64,000 nt of DNA from Neoechinorhynchus agilis (taxonomy: Eukaryota; Animalia; Acanthocephala). The translations under genes and the position numbers were made by a program. The stretch lies in contig CM121342.1 in NCBI GenBank assembly GCA_051530055.1, positions 10,431,480-10,495,479 of the forward strand, in the 5' to 3' direction. The notes under the pieces were generated by a model. That model had not been told where the DNA came from. It did no database searches and saw only the letters and a list, made by a program, of their open reading frames with translations. Below, one piece after another: positions 28,517-42,000 of the stretch. The stretch's first letter is position 1. Each line of letters begins with the position of its first letter.

Positions 28517-31079
28517 CTTATTATGAGTGAGCAGCGCATATCGTTGTTTTAAGATACGCGTTTAATCAATGCAGAAAAAAGCCAGACCAGTCACATGCGG
28601 AATGGATTGCAGAAGCACGAGGAATAGCAAACAGATGCAATTTCTTTTCAGAAGAGATCAAGAACGAGAGATCGGCCATTGATGATCGTTTACGTGATCT
28701 CGTAATTGCCCATACACCAAATCAATATTTACGGGTGCGAGCACTGGAGTTGGATGATCCGTCATTAATTCAAATTATGAAGATTGCAAAGACCATCGAA
28801 ATGACCGTAGAGCAATAGAACAAATTCAAACGGAGGAACGAGATAAAGTTCACTTGGAAAAAGTTAATGAGATCGAGTTTAGAAAAACCAATGGGCCAAA
28901 GATGTTCAAATGTGGATAATGCGGTGGTCAACGGCATGACAAGCTATCGGATTGTTTTGCAAGGAAATTAAAATGTTATAATTGTGGCCGGTGGGGTCAC
29001 ATTCGATGATGCTGCCGCAGCAAGGGTAAAGTTGATTTCGTAGAACAAGCAGAGCGAATCGAGGATGAAATCAACCATATTGATGAAATTCAACAACGGT
29101 TTCCCTAACGATCAATGTCCTGTCCGAAAATACTCGTCTAAATTGATGGAGTACCGTTAGATATGGATTATGATACTGGAGCGGCCGTATCGATAATACC
29201 TTGCGATTTTTGGAAAAAAATGGGGGCACCAAGCTTATTTGGGGCACGAATGCTGCGAGCTTATGGAGGTGGAAAGCTGAAATCTATGGGAGAGTGTTGG
29301 CTAACGGCGTCACTATTCGACAGAATCAAAAGAGTGAAAAGCACAGTGGTGGAAGGTGGAGAAAATCCTATCTTTGGTAGACCATGGATCAAGGCATTCG
29401 AATTGGGTTGGCCGAAGGAAGTAAGAGTGAACGCGCTGGAGAAATTGGACGCGGACAGCAGATTGGAAAAGATGAAAGTTAGATATAAAGATGTGTTTGA
29501 AGAAAAAAATGGGTGTATCAAAGATTATATGGTGTCAATCAATGTAGACCGAGATGCAACTCCCCGTTGTTTCAGTAGTCGGAGGATTCCGGTATAGAAT
29601 AACATTCTAGAACCGGTGGATGCTACTTGGGAAGATGTTAAGTGGTCGACACCTTTGGCAACAATAAGAAAACGGGATGGAAGTCTACGAATATGAGGTG
29701 ATTTTCGTTTGACGATCAATCCGCATATACCACTGGATGTATATAACATGCCAACTTTCGAAGAAATAATGTTTAAAATAGCGGATGGAAAGAAATATTC
29801 AGTACTAGATTTAAAAGAGGCATACTTACAGATGATAGTGGAACCGAATCCACGTTCTCTGTTGACAATCGCCACACCCCTCGGATATTTTCGATATTGT
29901 CGGCTTCCATTCCGGGGTTTCAGCAGCGCCGTTAATGTTCCAGCGCTACATGGAACAGCTGATTGCAGATATTGATGGCGTCGCTGTTTACCTAGATGAT
30001 ATAATAATCACTGGCAAGAATGATACGAGTCATTTAAACAGATTGGAAGAAGTCTTAAAAAGGTTGCAGAAAGCTGGAATGCGAAGAAGAGGAAATAAAT
30101 GCATTTTTCTTCAACAAGAAGTGTCGTTTATGGGCTATATTTTGGATAACACTTCAATTCGACCAAGTAACGAGAGGATCAAAGCGATTCAAAACATGAA
30201 AACACCAACGAATGCAGAACTCCGAGCATTTCTCGGATCGGTAAACTTTTTGTAGAAGTTCCTACCAAATATACAAGCCAAGTGTGCAGGTTTGTATAAA
30301 CTGACGAGTTCGAAATGTGTATGGGCATGGTCAGATGAGATGACAAACCAAATCAAAAAGATCAACGATGCTTTGGCTGACGCCAACGAGTAAATTGCAG
30401 GTTATTTGTGATGGCTGTGAGCGAGGAGTCGGCACCGTTCTACTACAAGAAGCACACAAAGGAATGTATCGACCAGTAGCGTATGCGTCCAGAACATTGA
30501 AGACCGCGGGGCAAAAATATGCTCAAATCGATAGAGAAGCACTCGCACTGGTGTTCGGAGTTACCCAATTCAACATGTTTCTGGCCGGCCGTGAATTTGT
30601 GCTGAAAACTGAATTATGTATTCGGCGATAAGAGAGATCTGCGAAAAGTAGTAAACCACCGATTAGTGCGTTGGAGATTGATACTTTCACAGTACAAATA
30701 CGTCTTGGAACATATATAAGGACAGGAAAATAACATGGCGGATGTACGCTCGCGGTTCTCGTGTGAAGAAACCGAGAATGAATATGTGTTTGATGAGGTA
30801 AACGATAGCTCAATCAAACTCATACAAGAAGAAAGAGCAGATTTTTTGGGATTAACCGCAGAAAGCATAAAGGTGGCAAAAGCTCAAGACACGGTCCAAC
30901 ATCAAGTAAAGTCATTTGTGGAAACAAATTGGCCGTCGAAGACACATGCCTCATTACAAGCTTACAGCCGTCGATATACGGAGCTCGCGACCGAACACGG
31001 AATCGTGATGTGGAATACTAAAATCATAATCCCGAAAACACACCAGCAAGATGCTCTTCGTGCACTACACGCCGGACCT

Positions 31080-31679
31080 TTTGAAATGTTCCATAATTCC
31101 GCTATCCAGTCCCTGTAGCTTTGCCCGGGCTCCATTCTTGTGTTGCTGAAACGATACCGTGCAGCTACTTCATGTATTTGTTGACTATATAACTTTGATA
31201 TTGTACTTTTCAATTCTTTGAGAGAACAGTCACTGGGTTTCTTCATACCCAAACTTTTCCGGATTTTCGCGTAATTCTGCGGGCTGGTCCATGCTAAGAG
31301 GCAAGCTTGCATCACTTCTTGGGTTTCAACCTCACAGTATTCTAGATGCTTTGCCAATTGCTCTTCATAATCCTCCCACATCTCACTATCCGGATCGAAG
31401 GATCGAAAAACTTGGATATCCCTGTGGTTCTGTTCGGATCTCTTCTCGTTCGACTTTTTATGTCCCATCTGTTCGATCATTAATTGTAACAACTCCTGTT
31501 GCTTCTCTATCAGGGACTGAACCATCGAGATCCCACCCTCGTCGCCAGATGTCATGCTTTGGTTTCCTGACATGAATATATGTTTATTTTTAATATATAT
31601 CGCGCACGTACAACACATCAAAACACATAACGTTATATAATCGATATGGTTTCAATGACGTCAATTCGTCATCACTACA
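31080..31679 (-). mobile_element. Gypsy element C remnant: 5' LTR, PBS and truncated gag, antisense inside A
   Basis: Minus-strand TG...CA LTR at 31550-31679 and PBS TGGCGACGAGGGTGGG at 31532-31547. Gag MTSGDEGG...FDPDSEMWEDY...AARYRF is homologous to the gags of A and B. Confidence 0.8.
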
Positions 31680-32060
31680 CCCCCATCATCCTTTTCGTCC
31701 TTCGTCCCAATTTGTCCAGGAGAGTGAGCGCTGACGGTCCCAAGTCTCCATACGCTTCCACGGCGAAAGGGACGAAATAATAGGTCCTTAAAAGCTCTCT
31801 GTATTTTGTACGTTTTCGGACCTCAGCTACGACCGCTGAACCTCCAGGGCTCTTTTTTGAAAACTGAAAATTACTAGGGGCAAGCGTGCCCACGCAAGTC
31901 GCATCCCATAAAAGAGGTTTCCCCTCCCGCCATGGAAAAACCGTGACACCGTCAGGTCGCTTGCTGTCTAGGCGGCACAAGTTACTTGGCTCTAAAATAT
32001 TGGGCACGTGGACGGAATCTAGGGCTCTACTCAAATTGAGTTTAATTCTGAGTGTCTTGG
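31680..32060 (-). mobile_element. CRE-like non-LTR fragment (RLE endonuclease)
   Basis: [47 protein letters not shown]...FVPFAVEAYG. Cut by the LTR of element C. Confidence 0.8.
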
Positions 32061-32498
32061 AAACCTGCCTCTGGACTATCGAAAACAGTCAGAACAAAAA
32101 GCGAGACACGATGTAACAGCCAAGCCCAGAGAATTTTTTCCGAATGAGGAGGTATGGCTAAAACGAAATGATACAGAAAAATGGACTAAGGCACGAGTGT
32201 TGCATAGATCAAACTGGTCATCGTACAGAGTCCGAAATAACTCTGTCATCGTAAAGGCTCATAGTGACCATCAATTGACCATTCTAACAATCAGAGAGAA
32301 AAAGACAAGAAGAATCAAACAACAACACAGAACAGCGCATCCAACGAAGTTGGAAGTAGTGTCGAAATCGCAGTCGAGCGACGAAGAGAGAGGCAAAGGT
32401 GTCGAACCATTGTTGCGTCGCAGTCAAAGAGTTCGTAAACCCCCGAAAAGATTTCAGGATTTCATAATGAACTTTAAAACAATAGGGAAAGGGAGGAA

Positions 32499-32668
32499 TG
32501 TGACATACGTCACATGCGTTAAATGTGACCATTCGTCACGTCCGTTACAAGGTTGTGTGTGGTTGATATAAGTGCGTTTTTGGTTTGTAGTTGTGTGTTG
32601 ATCAATAAAATACACATACTATTCGATACGGTATGCAGGCAGATCAATCGCAGTATGAGGATTCGACA
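32499..32668 (+). repeat. 3' LTR of Gypsy A (170 bp)
   Basis: tgtgacatacg...attcgaca, preceded by a polypurine tract. Confidence 0.9.
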
Positions 32669-32999
32669 AGCGTTTTAAGACCAAAATTTTAAAAATCGCT
32701 ACGATCTTCAATAATAAAACTGCGCGGCTTTAGAACTTCTCAGTCTTCTTTTAAGAATCAACGAGACTGTTCCAGTGATCAAAGGAAAAGGTTTTTTAAT
32801 GTTACTGGCAAGCCGGGTCTTTTGATTAAGATTATTACATCCTTTCCTCAGCTTTTTTGGCAAGAAGCCACACCGATTTCCTACATCAGAGGAGTGATTG
32901 AAAGAGATCGATGTGGCTTCATGCCAAAAAAAGTAGAGGAAGGGATGTAATAATCTGAGAAACGTTCTTGTTCGAACCATTTCGCAACTTTAAACTCAA

Positions 33000-34170
33000 A
33001 ATTGGTAGATACTAAAAACACAAGCCAATCGTCGAATGAAATAATTTAGAACCTCTTACGTAACTGTAATTATTTTTACGAACTATTGTTTTGATTTTTT
33101 CAAAACTGCGGCAGTTCTAAAAAAAATTAAATTTAAATTTACTAATTCAATAATCACCACAAGCACAATACAGCGGCCATTCTCTTGGCCCTTTCGATCA
33201 AAAAATTTAAGGCAATAAGTCGATTGCGTACAAACAAACAATATCAGCAAATCAACCATTTTTCAAAAGAAACAAATTGTTCATAAATAAGCCGCCACTT
33301 TCGAAAACCTTGCTGAACGAGCACTTTAAATCCGTAAAATGCTTTAGTGAAACTCCAATGTTAAGAAATTTCACTCACTTCATCTGCATCAAAAGCTACA
33401 GCAATCGCTACCTTACTCTTTATCTCTCACAGGCTCTCTACACTACCCCAATCTAGAATTCATCGCCCAATGCTGGCGTCCGTCGTCCTCCTGCCTCTCA
33501 TCCTCTTTGTACCGACTTGATTGTATGATGGAGCTCATAAACTCCACAAATTAACACAATTTCTCAATTGCAGGGGATTTCAATAAACTATTGCTTCTTC
33601 TTTCCCTCTCCGAGTTGCGTCAACTTATTGATTTCTCAACTCGTATTGACGCTCACCTCGACAAATTGTTCACAAATATCGACGCCTACTCATCCGCCTT
33701 CACTCATTAAATTTTTTACACTGCAAATCATCAATCCGACTCCTAAATAGATATGAATATCTATAATTTCTGTATTTTCAATTTTTTTTTAATATCTGAT
33801 TTTGCGAACTTTCAGATTGTCATACAGTTTTCTATTTGGTTACTTTTCTTTACATTCACCACCTCCCACCAAATTCCAGCTTTTGTCCTTCCTCGACCGT
33901 CGCCATCACGCTGGCAGCATTGCCCCGTTGTACTGCCAGCGAGATATTTTGTCGAAGAAATAAGCCTGCTCTTGAGTCTCCGGTTGCCTCTCTCAATTTC
34001 TTCGAGAGATCCTTGAGCAGAGAGAGTGCCGAGCTGCCGAGCGCTCCATACGTCTTAATACCAAATGTAATCTTGATAAAGTGGACTCTGAAAACATAAA
34101 TGACCCTTCCTTGACCATGTCCTCCCCAACCTTGATCATAAAAAATTCACAAACTTCGGCAATAACGTAT
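33000..34170 (+). mobile_element. CR1/L2-group LINE fragments upstream of RPS2 (mirrored at ~57950-59120)
   Basis: STPTHPP and NDPSL motifs are shared with 7061-7350 and ~52940-53303. Confidence 0.6.
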
Positions 34171-34202
34171 TTAATCACAAACTACGCCACTTTTCTTTTG
34201 AG

Positions 34203-34210
34203 TTCTTTCT
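34203..34210 (+). promoter_or_regulatory. Candidate TCT (5'TOP) initiator of RPS2 (mirror at 57910-57917)
   Basis: TTCTTTCT matches the YYCTTTYY ribosomal-protein core promoter motif. It sits in a pyrimidine-rich tract ~55 nt upstream of the likely ATG. Confidence 0.4.
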
Positions 34211-34259
34211 CGGCTACTGCGGCACGATGTTGTTCGCGTTTACATTTTCGAGCGAGATA

Positions 34260-35093
34260 ATGGATCAGCCCCAAACTGCAGTTCCGCTTGGATCTTCACA
34301 GCCATCTCGTCGCGGTGGATTTGGTACCCGTGGGGGTAGAGGAGGTTTTCGAGGAGGTGCAGGCAGACGGCCTGGAGGTCGTCAGCAGCAGGAGAAGAAA
34401 CCTTGGGTTCCGGTTACTAAACTTGGACGTCTAGTTAAGGAGCAGAAGATTAGATCTCTCGAGGAAATATATTTGCATTCTTTACCAATAAAAGAGCCAC
34501 AAATCGTTGATGAGCTTCTGCCTTCGATTCGCGACGAAGTACTAAAAATTATGCCTGTTCAGAAACAAACTTGTGCGGGCCAACGAACTCGATTTAAAGC
34601 GATCGTAGTTATTGGAGATGGGAACGGTCACATTGGCCTCGGGATAAAATGTTCAAAAGAAGTGGCAACCGCGATTCGTGGCGCAATAATTCTGGCCAAA
34701 TTATCGGTTGTTCCTGTTCGTCGTGGATATTGGGGCAACAAAATTGGTGATCCGCATACTGTGCCATGCAAATTATCGGCGAAATGTGGAAGCGTTCTCG
34801 TTCGATTGATTCCGGCACCCCGAGGAACTGGACTCGTCTGTGCACCCGTTCCCAAGAAACTTCTTGAAATGGCAGGAGTAGAAGATTGTTGGACAAAGTC
34901 AAAAGGATCCACATGTACGCTCGCTAATTTTGCCAAGGCGACCTTTAATGCAATGGCGAACACTTATGGATTCTTGACACCGGATTTGTGGGACGATTCG
35001 ATCTACAGTGCAACGCCGTACGATGTGCATTCAGAATTGTTGCGTACTCCGGCACTCACCGCTACCGCGAGCTCTGGCTATGGTGGCCTTTAA
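34260..35093 (+). CDS. RPS2: 40S ribosomal protein S2 (uS5), intronless
   Basis: RGG-rich N-terminus, [73 protein letters not shown] and TPDLW. An in-frame upstream ATG at 34227 is possible. Confidence 0.97.
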   Translation: MDQPQTAVPLGSSQPSRRGGFGTRGGRGGFRGGAGRRPGGRQQQEKKPWVPVTKLGRLVKEQKIRSLEEIYLHSLPIKEPQIVDELLPSIRDEVLKIMPVQKQTCAGQRTRFKAIVVIGDGNGHIGLGIKCSKEVATAIRGAIILAKLSVVPVRRGYWGNKIGDPHTVPCKLSAKCGSVLVRLIPAPRGTGLVCAPVPKKLLEMAGVEDCWTKSKGSTCTLANFAKATFNAMANTYGFLTPDLWDDSIYSATPYDVHSELLRTPALTATASSGYGGL

Positions 35094-35463
35094 GAATTTG
35101 ATTTTAAGTAAGAAAAAGTTGGAGGGCTGCCTGGAATTTGTGGCTGTTATTGCGCAATTCTAATTTTTAAATAGGAATTTGCATTTGTAAAAAACATTAT
35201 CTGAGTTTTTTGTTCAGGTGCTTTTGTACTAAGATATCGAACTTATTTTTGCGTCGGTGAAAAACCTCTTAAATACCGCTTTTTGTCCTTTGCAGTACAA
35301 GAATATATTGTATTGAGAGATTTGTCGATTATTTTTGTTTTCAGTCTTCCTCACCGTTTTCGATCCTCATATGCTTATAATTTTCGCATAATTTTGTCTT
35401 GAATTATTATCGCTCAAATTGCGATCTTTGTTTTTAAAGATTATTCATGGATTTTATTCACTA

Positions 35464-35725
35464 ATCACCGTCGTTCTTTGATCTAAAACGTTCAATCCGG
35501 CTGATATATTCAATGTGACCCTTGATTTCCATTTCCGGATTAGTTACAGTCACAAATCGTGGTTGGAAGTTCAAACTTGTAAGATATTTAAAGATTAGCT
35601 CAGAAATCAAGGAAAAGGTTTCTGCATTTAACCAACAAAATTCATCGGGTAAAAGTTAATTGTTTCATATCCTTGGCAATTTAAGCATAGTTTGAACGGA
35701 TTTATAAACTAAGGAATCCATGTCG
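35464..35725 (+). repeat. Inner inverted-repeat segment (partner 50981-51243)
   Basis: Reverse complement of 50981-51243, with roughly ten substitutions or small indels over ~262 bp. Confidence 0.92.
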
Positions 35726-36031
35726 GGATGGATTGGTACTGTAGTGCTAACGACGCAATGTGGATTCAATTTTTGTTCTTAGTTTATGGCTTACGATAGT
35801 TGAGGTAAACGTATTATAATTTGAAAAATATTTCAGAGGTACTTTTGAAACCCGATCATTTAAAGCTTCACTTACTTGTTCTAATTTTATGTAGTTTTAA
35901 AGGTGGAACATTTTGTCCTTCTACAAAACGTTTGTTAAATGTTTTTGAATAATTTTCGTCGTCTAGATCGCTATGTCAGAGATCGATTTATTGAGATCTC
36001 AAGATGGATAGTAGTATAATATTCCGTATAC

Positions 36032-39000
36032 TTATTCTATAACTGGTATCCTTTTATTGATGTGTTGAAAATGTTTGAGCTCCGGTGTAAGATTGCGACT
36101 TACACACCGACCTCCCATCAGGATCCGAGGTGCATAACACAAACATCGTCGATGTCTACACAGCATTCCATATGACTGGCAATCGAAATCGATACGACAT
36201 CTTCGATTACTTTTAAAGACCTTTTGAATGCACTTTCCTTTGTATAATATGAACCTTTGCTTGCACACACATCGATTTCTTTCACAAATCATATGAGGCT
36301 TCAAACAATCGCGCCTAGTTAAGCATTTTAAAGTGGTTAAGTCGTCGCCGGGAATGCAGTATCCTCGATAGAAAACTGAATTTCTGGGACATTTACAATG
36401 GTTGCGCATGCAGACCAATCCTTGATCTTTCCCACAGTCCGAGTCTCTACTACATTCATGGTGGTCACTTGGTCCTGTTCCACCAGATCCAGGAATGCAA
36501 ACTCCACGATAAAATACGTCACCAGGTTTGCACACACATTTCCCTTGTTTGCAGATAAAGTTATTCTTGGAATCACAATCTCTGTTACGAAGACATTCCG
36601 GGGCAGATATACGGTTTTGACATTTTAGGTTTTCCGGCAGCTCTCTATTGGCACACTGACAACGACCAGCAATGCATTTGAATCCAAACGAAACTTTACA
36701 TTGGCTATCGGAATTGCACAACTTTAAGTATCCACCATCTATTTGTAACGAGATAATGCAACGATTAAAATGGAGAACTTGGCCTTCCAAGCATGGCTTC
36801 GATTTTGTCTCAACGCAGAACTTCTTTGCGAGACATTGATACTTTAACCAAAACAATATCCTGTCAAGGTTAATACAGGCACCGTTCCAAAACATTCCAT
36901 TCGGACCACAAGTACATATTCCTCCAGAGCATTTCAAATTCAAATATTTATTACAATCTTCGTTTGTTCTGCAGCCCTCAAAGAAGCCACCAGCCTGCAA
37001 CTGTTTCTGGCATAGACCGTTCAAAAATTTCGAATTTCGATCGCATTGACACAGCCCCCAAAAGCATAAAAGTCCGAGTTTACGATCACAATCAGCATGA
37101 GAAACGCAGGCATGGAAGTATGGATGTACGAGTGCTTTCAATCCAAGTATGCATCTCTTTTCTTCCTCTACGTATCCAACAGCGCAGCTACAACGATTAT
37201 GTATACACAAAATGTTCGAACTCATGTCACAATCGGTATTCTTTTTACAAGAACTTCCAAGTGCGCTTCCAGGACGTTGAATGGGTATGCAAAATGAACA
37301 CCATGGCGACATTGTAAGTCCTTCTTTGCAAATACAACTTCCAGACAATCGATCACAAACAAAACCATTTCCTTTGTCGCATGTATTTTCCTTGTTACAA
37401 TCGTGTTCTAAGCAGGCTAACGAAACAAAGTTAACGAATCATTTTCTCTACCTTTGGGCACACATTTGTTTATTTTGAATATATAGCCACGACGGCACCT
37501 ACATTTTCCGTCAGTACATTGCAAACCAGAGTTCACACCACATTCTTTTGTTTTCTCACATGATTCGAGGAATTGGTTGTCTTCATGTGCATCTATGTTA
37601 TTACAACAATCGAGGATTTATGACAAATGCTAATCAATCGCAAACCAGGATATTTAACACATCTTCCTTCGAACCAAATTCGATTTTGACGACATCTACA
37701 CTTTCCATCAGAGCACTGAAGGCCGTAAATTCGATTGCACTGTGAATCGTTGTTGCATGGCAGCAACACACCCTCAGAGGATTCCTCTGCATGAAACGTT
37801 TTTCATGAATTCAATTAAAAGATAGAGATTACCTTTCAAGAAGATACAACGACCACGTTTCCATATCTTATCAGGGCGACATTTGCATCGACCATATACA
37901 CAATAAAGTCCGATGTTTTGGTTACATTCGAAGTTTCGAATGCACTGTTTCAATAGTCCGTCACCAAGCGACTCGTCTGAAAACCATCAGCGCATAGAAA
38001 AACGTTCAATATGAATCAATCAAACCGTCTATAGTACAGTACGACCCATTCCATTTGCTTCTTCCAACGCACTTGCATCGTCTTTCAATACAGCTTAACC
38101 CGATCGATTGTTTACAGTGCTTTGGAAGTAAACATTCTTTGTTTACGGTTCCTTCTTCTAATCCACCTATGAAAATTCGTGCCAAAAAGTAAATGACAGA
38201 ACATTTGATAGAACCTTCATACGAAACACACTTATAATCCTTCCAGATTTTATCTTCGGAGCAAACACAAAGTCCATTGCGACAGAACAATCCGGCAGAT
38301 GTGTCGCATTGGGTATTAGAGACGCAAGGCCTCAGTAATCCGTTTTCGTCTAATGAAAACCGCCATGACCAGAGCAAATTATCCAACTGCATTTCATACC
38401 TGAATGGGAAACACAACGATACTTTTTCCAATAAGTCCCCGGTTCACACATGCAGCGTCCGTTCTGACAGGTAAGATGAGCAATAACGTTACAATCGTTA
38501 TTACGTTGACATGGACTAAGAATTCCATTGAAATCTCCACCTAAGGATAAAGACAAAATTTATGAATAGTACAACACTTTAATGAAAACGTTTATGTGCG
38601 AAGGCAAACACAAAATTCAATTTATCAATGGCATAATCCTTACCTCTTTTCGGCAGACATCGGTTCCGCTTCCAGTAATGAAAATGTGGACACCGGCATT
38701 TCTCATCTATACACTTAAGACCGGAATTGTGCCCACATTCAATGTCACTGAAGCATTGATCGAGTAAATTACCGGTTGTACCAAGGTCACTTTCTGCGAA
38801 TGAATAATTGAAAAAAGTAGATTCGTATATTGAAGAAATGCTGTTCAGACCTTGATATCTTATACAACGATCTGCTAGCCATATGTGGTTTCGACGGCAT
38901 ATACACTTTCCCCGATGACAAACAAGTCCGTTGAACGAGTTACATTGCACAGTATTTCGACATGGGAGCAATAAACCTCCATTCAATTCATCACCTAGAA

Positions 39001-42000
39001 TTAAAAGTACATGAAAATGTCGCATGTCTTTGAAAGGCTGAACAATATCGCCAAGAGGTATACACCTTCTAAAAGCACGCAACGACCGGATTTCCAAAAC
39101 CGGTCCTTTCCACAAAGACATAGCCCATTCTCACAACGCAAGCCAATGAGATGGTTACACTTGGAATGTCGAGAACACGATTTCAGTATACCTCCACTCA
39201 ACGATTCGTCTATGAATGTTCTCTAAATTCAATTCAACAAAATATATGGTTATACCATCAACAGTGCAAAAAGATCCGTTCCATTTGGACCCGTTGACAC
39301 ATCCGCAGCGTCCTCTTATGCATTTTAAGCCCAACAGCTGATTACACCGTTTGTCACTTGTGCATCCTTTGTTTATCGTTAATTGTTCAACAGCACCTAT
39401 AACGCATTTTTGTGCAAATCAAGTCTAGACCATTCTGATGTTAAACATCATCCAGGGATCTACACCTTTGGTTTTTCAAGTATTTATTGTCAGGGCAAAT
39501 GCAAAGGCCGAAACGGCATTAAAGTCCGAAAATCTTGTCACACTGGCAACCAGATTCACAAAATTTTAGTATGCCATGACCTTCTAAAAACCGAGAACTA
39601 AAACTTTCAAGCATATTGTTCCAATCATATGTTGACGAAAATTAGTAGGGCTCACAACGGTACACAAGCCAGTACATTTTCGGCTTACAGATGCATCGTC
39701 CGTCTCGACAAGACCAGCGAATTCTTTGCAATCAGTATGTAACTTACAAGATCCAAGTATACCACCAAACCCTGGGTCCAAAGAAGCTACACGAGTTACG
39801 CACGCAAAAATAAAAATACCGCGACAATCGCTCCGAAACGACAAACTTCTCAAATTCAGGAATATGTAGCAGAAATGCAATTAAAAATAACGTACGGAAC
39901 GATTCAATGAGGTCAAGAAAATCACTCACTATTTTTAGGGCTGCATTTATGCTTGCGCCAACGTTGCAGTGGTGGGCAACGGCATTTATCGTTACGGCAA
40001 CGCAATCCAGAATAAGCATTACATTGCTTGGATGACTCACATGAAGTCAGAAATCCACCACCAATATCAGAACCGGTTTCTATTTGGAAAAATGTAATTT
40101 CTAATTTTTCACAATGCTAATCAATCGCAAACCAGGATATTTAACACATCTTCCTTCGAACCAAATTCGATTTTGACGACATCTACACTTTCCATCAGAG
40201 CACTGAAGGCCGTAAATTCGATTGCACTGTGAATCGTTGTTGCATGGCAGCAACACACCCTCAGAGGATTCCTCTGCATGAAACGTTTTTCATGAATTCA
40301 ATTAAAAGATAGAGATTACCTTTCAAGAAGATACAACGACCACGTTTCCATATCTTATCAGGGCGACATTTGCATCGACCATATACACAATAAAGTCCGA
40401 TGTTTTGGTTACATTCGAAGTTTCGAATGCACTGTTTCAATAGTCCGTCACCAAGCGACTCGTCTGAAAACCATCAGCGCATAGAAAAACGTTCAATATG
40501 AATCAATCAAACCGTCTATAGTACAGTACGACCCATTCCATTTGCTTCTTCCAACGCACTTGCATCGTCTTTCAATACAGCTTAACCCGATCGATTGTTT
40601 ACAGTGCTTTGGAAGTAAACATTCTTTGTTTACGGTTCCTTCTTCTAATCCACCTATGAAAATTCGTGCCAAAAAGTAAATGACAGAACATTTGATAGAA
40701 CCTTCATACGAAACACAGTTATAATCCTTCCAGATTTTATCTTCGGAGCAAACACAAAGTCCATTGCGACAGAACAATCCGGCAGATGTGTCGCATTGGG
40801 TATTAGAGACGCAAGGCCTCAGTAATCCGTTTTCGTCTAATGAAAACCGCCATGACCAGAGCAAATTATCCAACTGCATTTCATACCTGAATGGGAAACA
40901 CAACGATACTTTTTCCAATAAGTCCCCGGTTCACACATGCAGCGTCCGTTCTGACAGGTAAGATGAGCAATAACGTTACAATCGTTATTACGTTGACATG
41001 GACTAAGAATTCCATTGAAATCTCCACCTAAGGATAAAGACAAAATTTATGAATAGTACCACTTTAATGAAAACGTTTATGTGCGAAGGCAAACACAAAA
41101 TTCAATTTATCAATGGCATAATCCTTACCTCTTTTCGGCAGACATCGGTTCCGCTTCCAGTAATGAAAATGTGGACACCGGCATTTCTCATCTATACACT
41201 TAAGACCGGAATTGTGCCCACATTCAATGTCACTGAAGCATTGATCGAGTAAATTACCGGTTGTACCAAGGTCACTTTCTGCGAATGAATAATTGAAAAA
41301 AGTAGATTCGTATATTGAAGAAATGCTGTTCAGACCTTGATATCTTATACAACGATCTGCTAGCCATATGTGGTTTCGACGGCATATACACTTTCCCCGA
41401 TGACAAACAAGTCCGTGGAACGAGTTACATTGCACAGTATTTCGACATGGGAGCAATAAACCTCCATTCAATTCATCACCTAGAATTAAAAGTACATGAA
41501 AATGTCGCATGTCAAAAACATATAGGACACTTCATGCCTTCGAGAGGAGAGCAACGTCCCGATTTCCATATATAATTCTTAGGACAAACACAGCGGCCGA
41601 AAAGACAGTACAATCCAACTTTAACATTGCAGTTAAGGTTCGATGAACAGGGCTTTAGAAGTCCGCCGGCCGACGATTCGTCTATAAATCGAAGTTTTTT
41701 TTAATTATACCAATGACAGTTCAGAATAGTACCGTCAATTGTACAGTAGAAGCCGTTCCACTTACTGTGTCGGACGCACTTACACCGACCTCGGATGCAT
41801 GTAAGTCCCACTACTTGATTACATTCTTCAGGTTTTAGACATTTCTGATCGAAACTTCCATCTTCCAAAGCACCTTCGAAATTTTCCACGATGGTGAGGT
41901 GTCTATAAACGTTTTCCCAAACCTTCCAGGGATAGACATTTGTTCTGTTTCCAATACTTATCGTCCGGGCATACACAAATTCCATGGTTACAAATAAGTC

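Larger units (their letters stand above)
23325..32668 (+). mobile_element. Gypsy element A (host of nested insertions), degraded
   Basis: TG...CA LTRs at 23325-23786 and 32499-32668, flanks ggcgt/agcgt (4 of 5 match, TSD), PBS at 23789 and PPT gggaaagggaggaa before the 3' LTR. Gag ~23800-24152 and 28522-29030; protease, RT and RNase H ~29130-31077; integrase tail ~32061-32470. Confidence 0.88.
31819..35434 (+). repeat. Left arm of a ~3.6-kb inverted repeat (partner 56704-60301)
   Basis: Mirror ORF coordinates sum to 92120 from 31819 to 35093, and the mirrored ORF translations are identical except one S/N change at the outer end. An 18-bp indel and a few SNPs occur near the inner end. Confidence 0.96.

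Noticed and set aside
34609-34963. Antisense ORFs over RPS2 (and mirrors at 57157-57511)
   Set aside because: Shadow ORFs of a conserved coding sequence.
35130-35950. Possible small-exon plus-strand gene downstream of RPS2 (several GT...AG pairs of 32-37 nt)
   Set aside because: I could not assemble a consistent open frame or recognise a product; such signals are common in AT-rich DNA.
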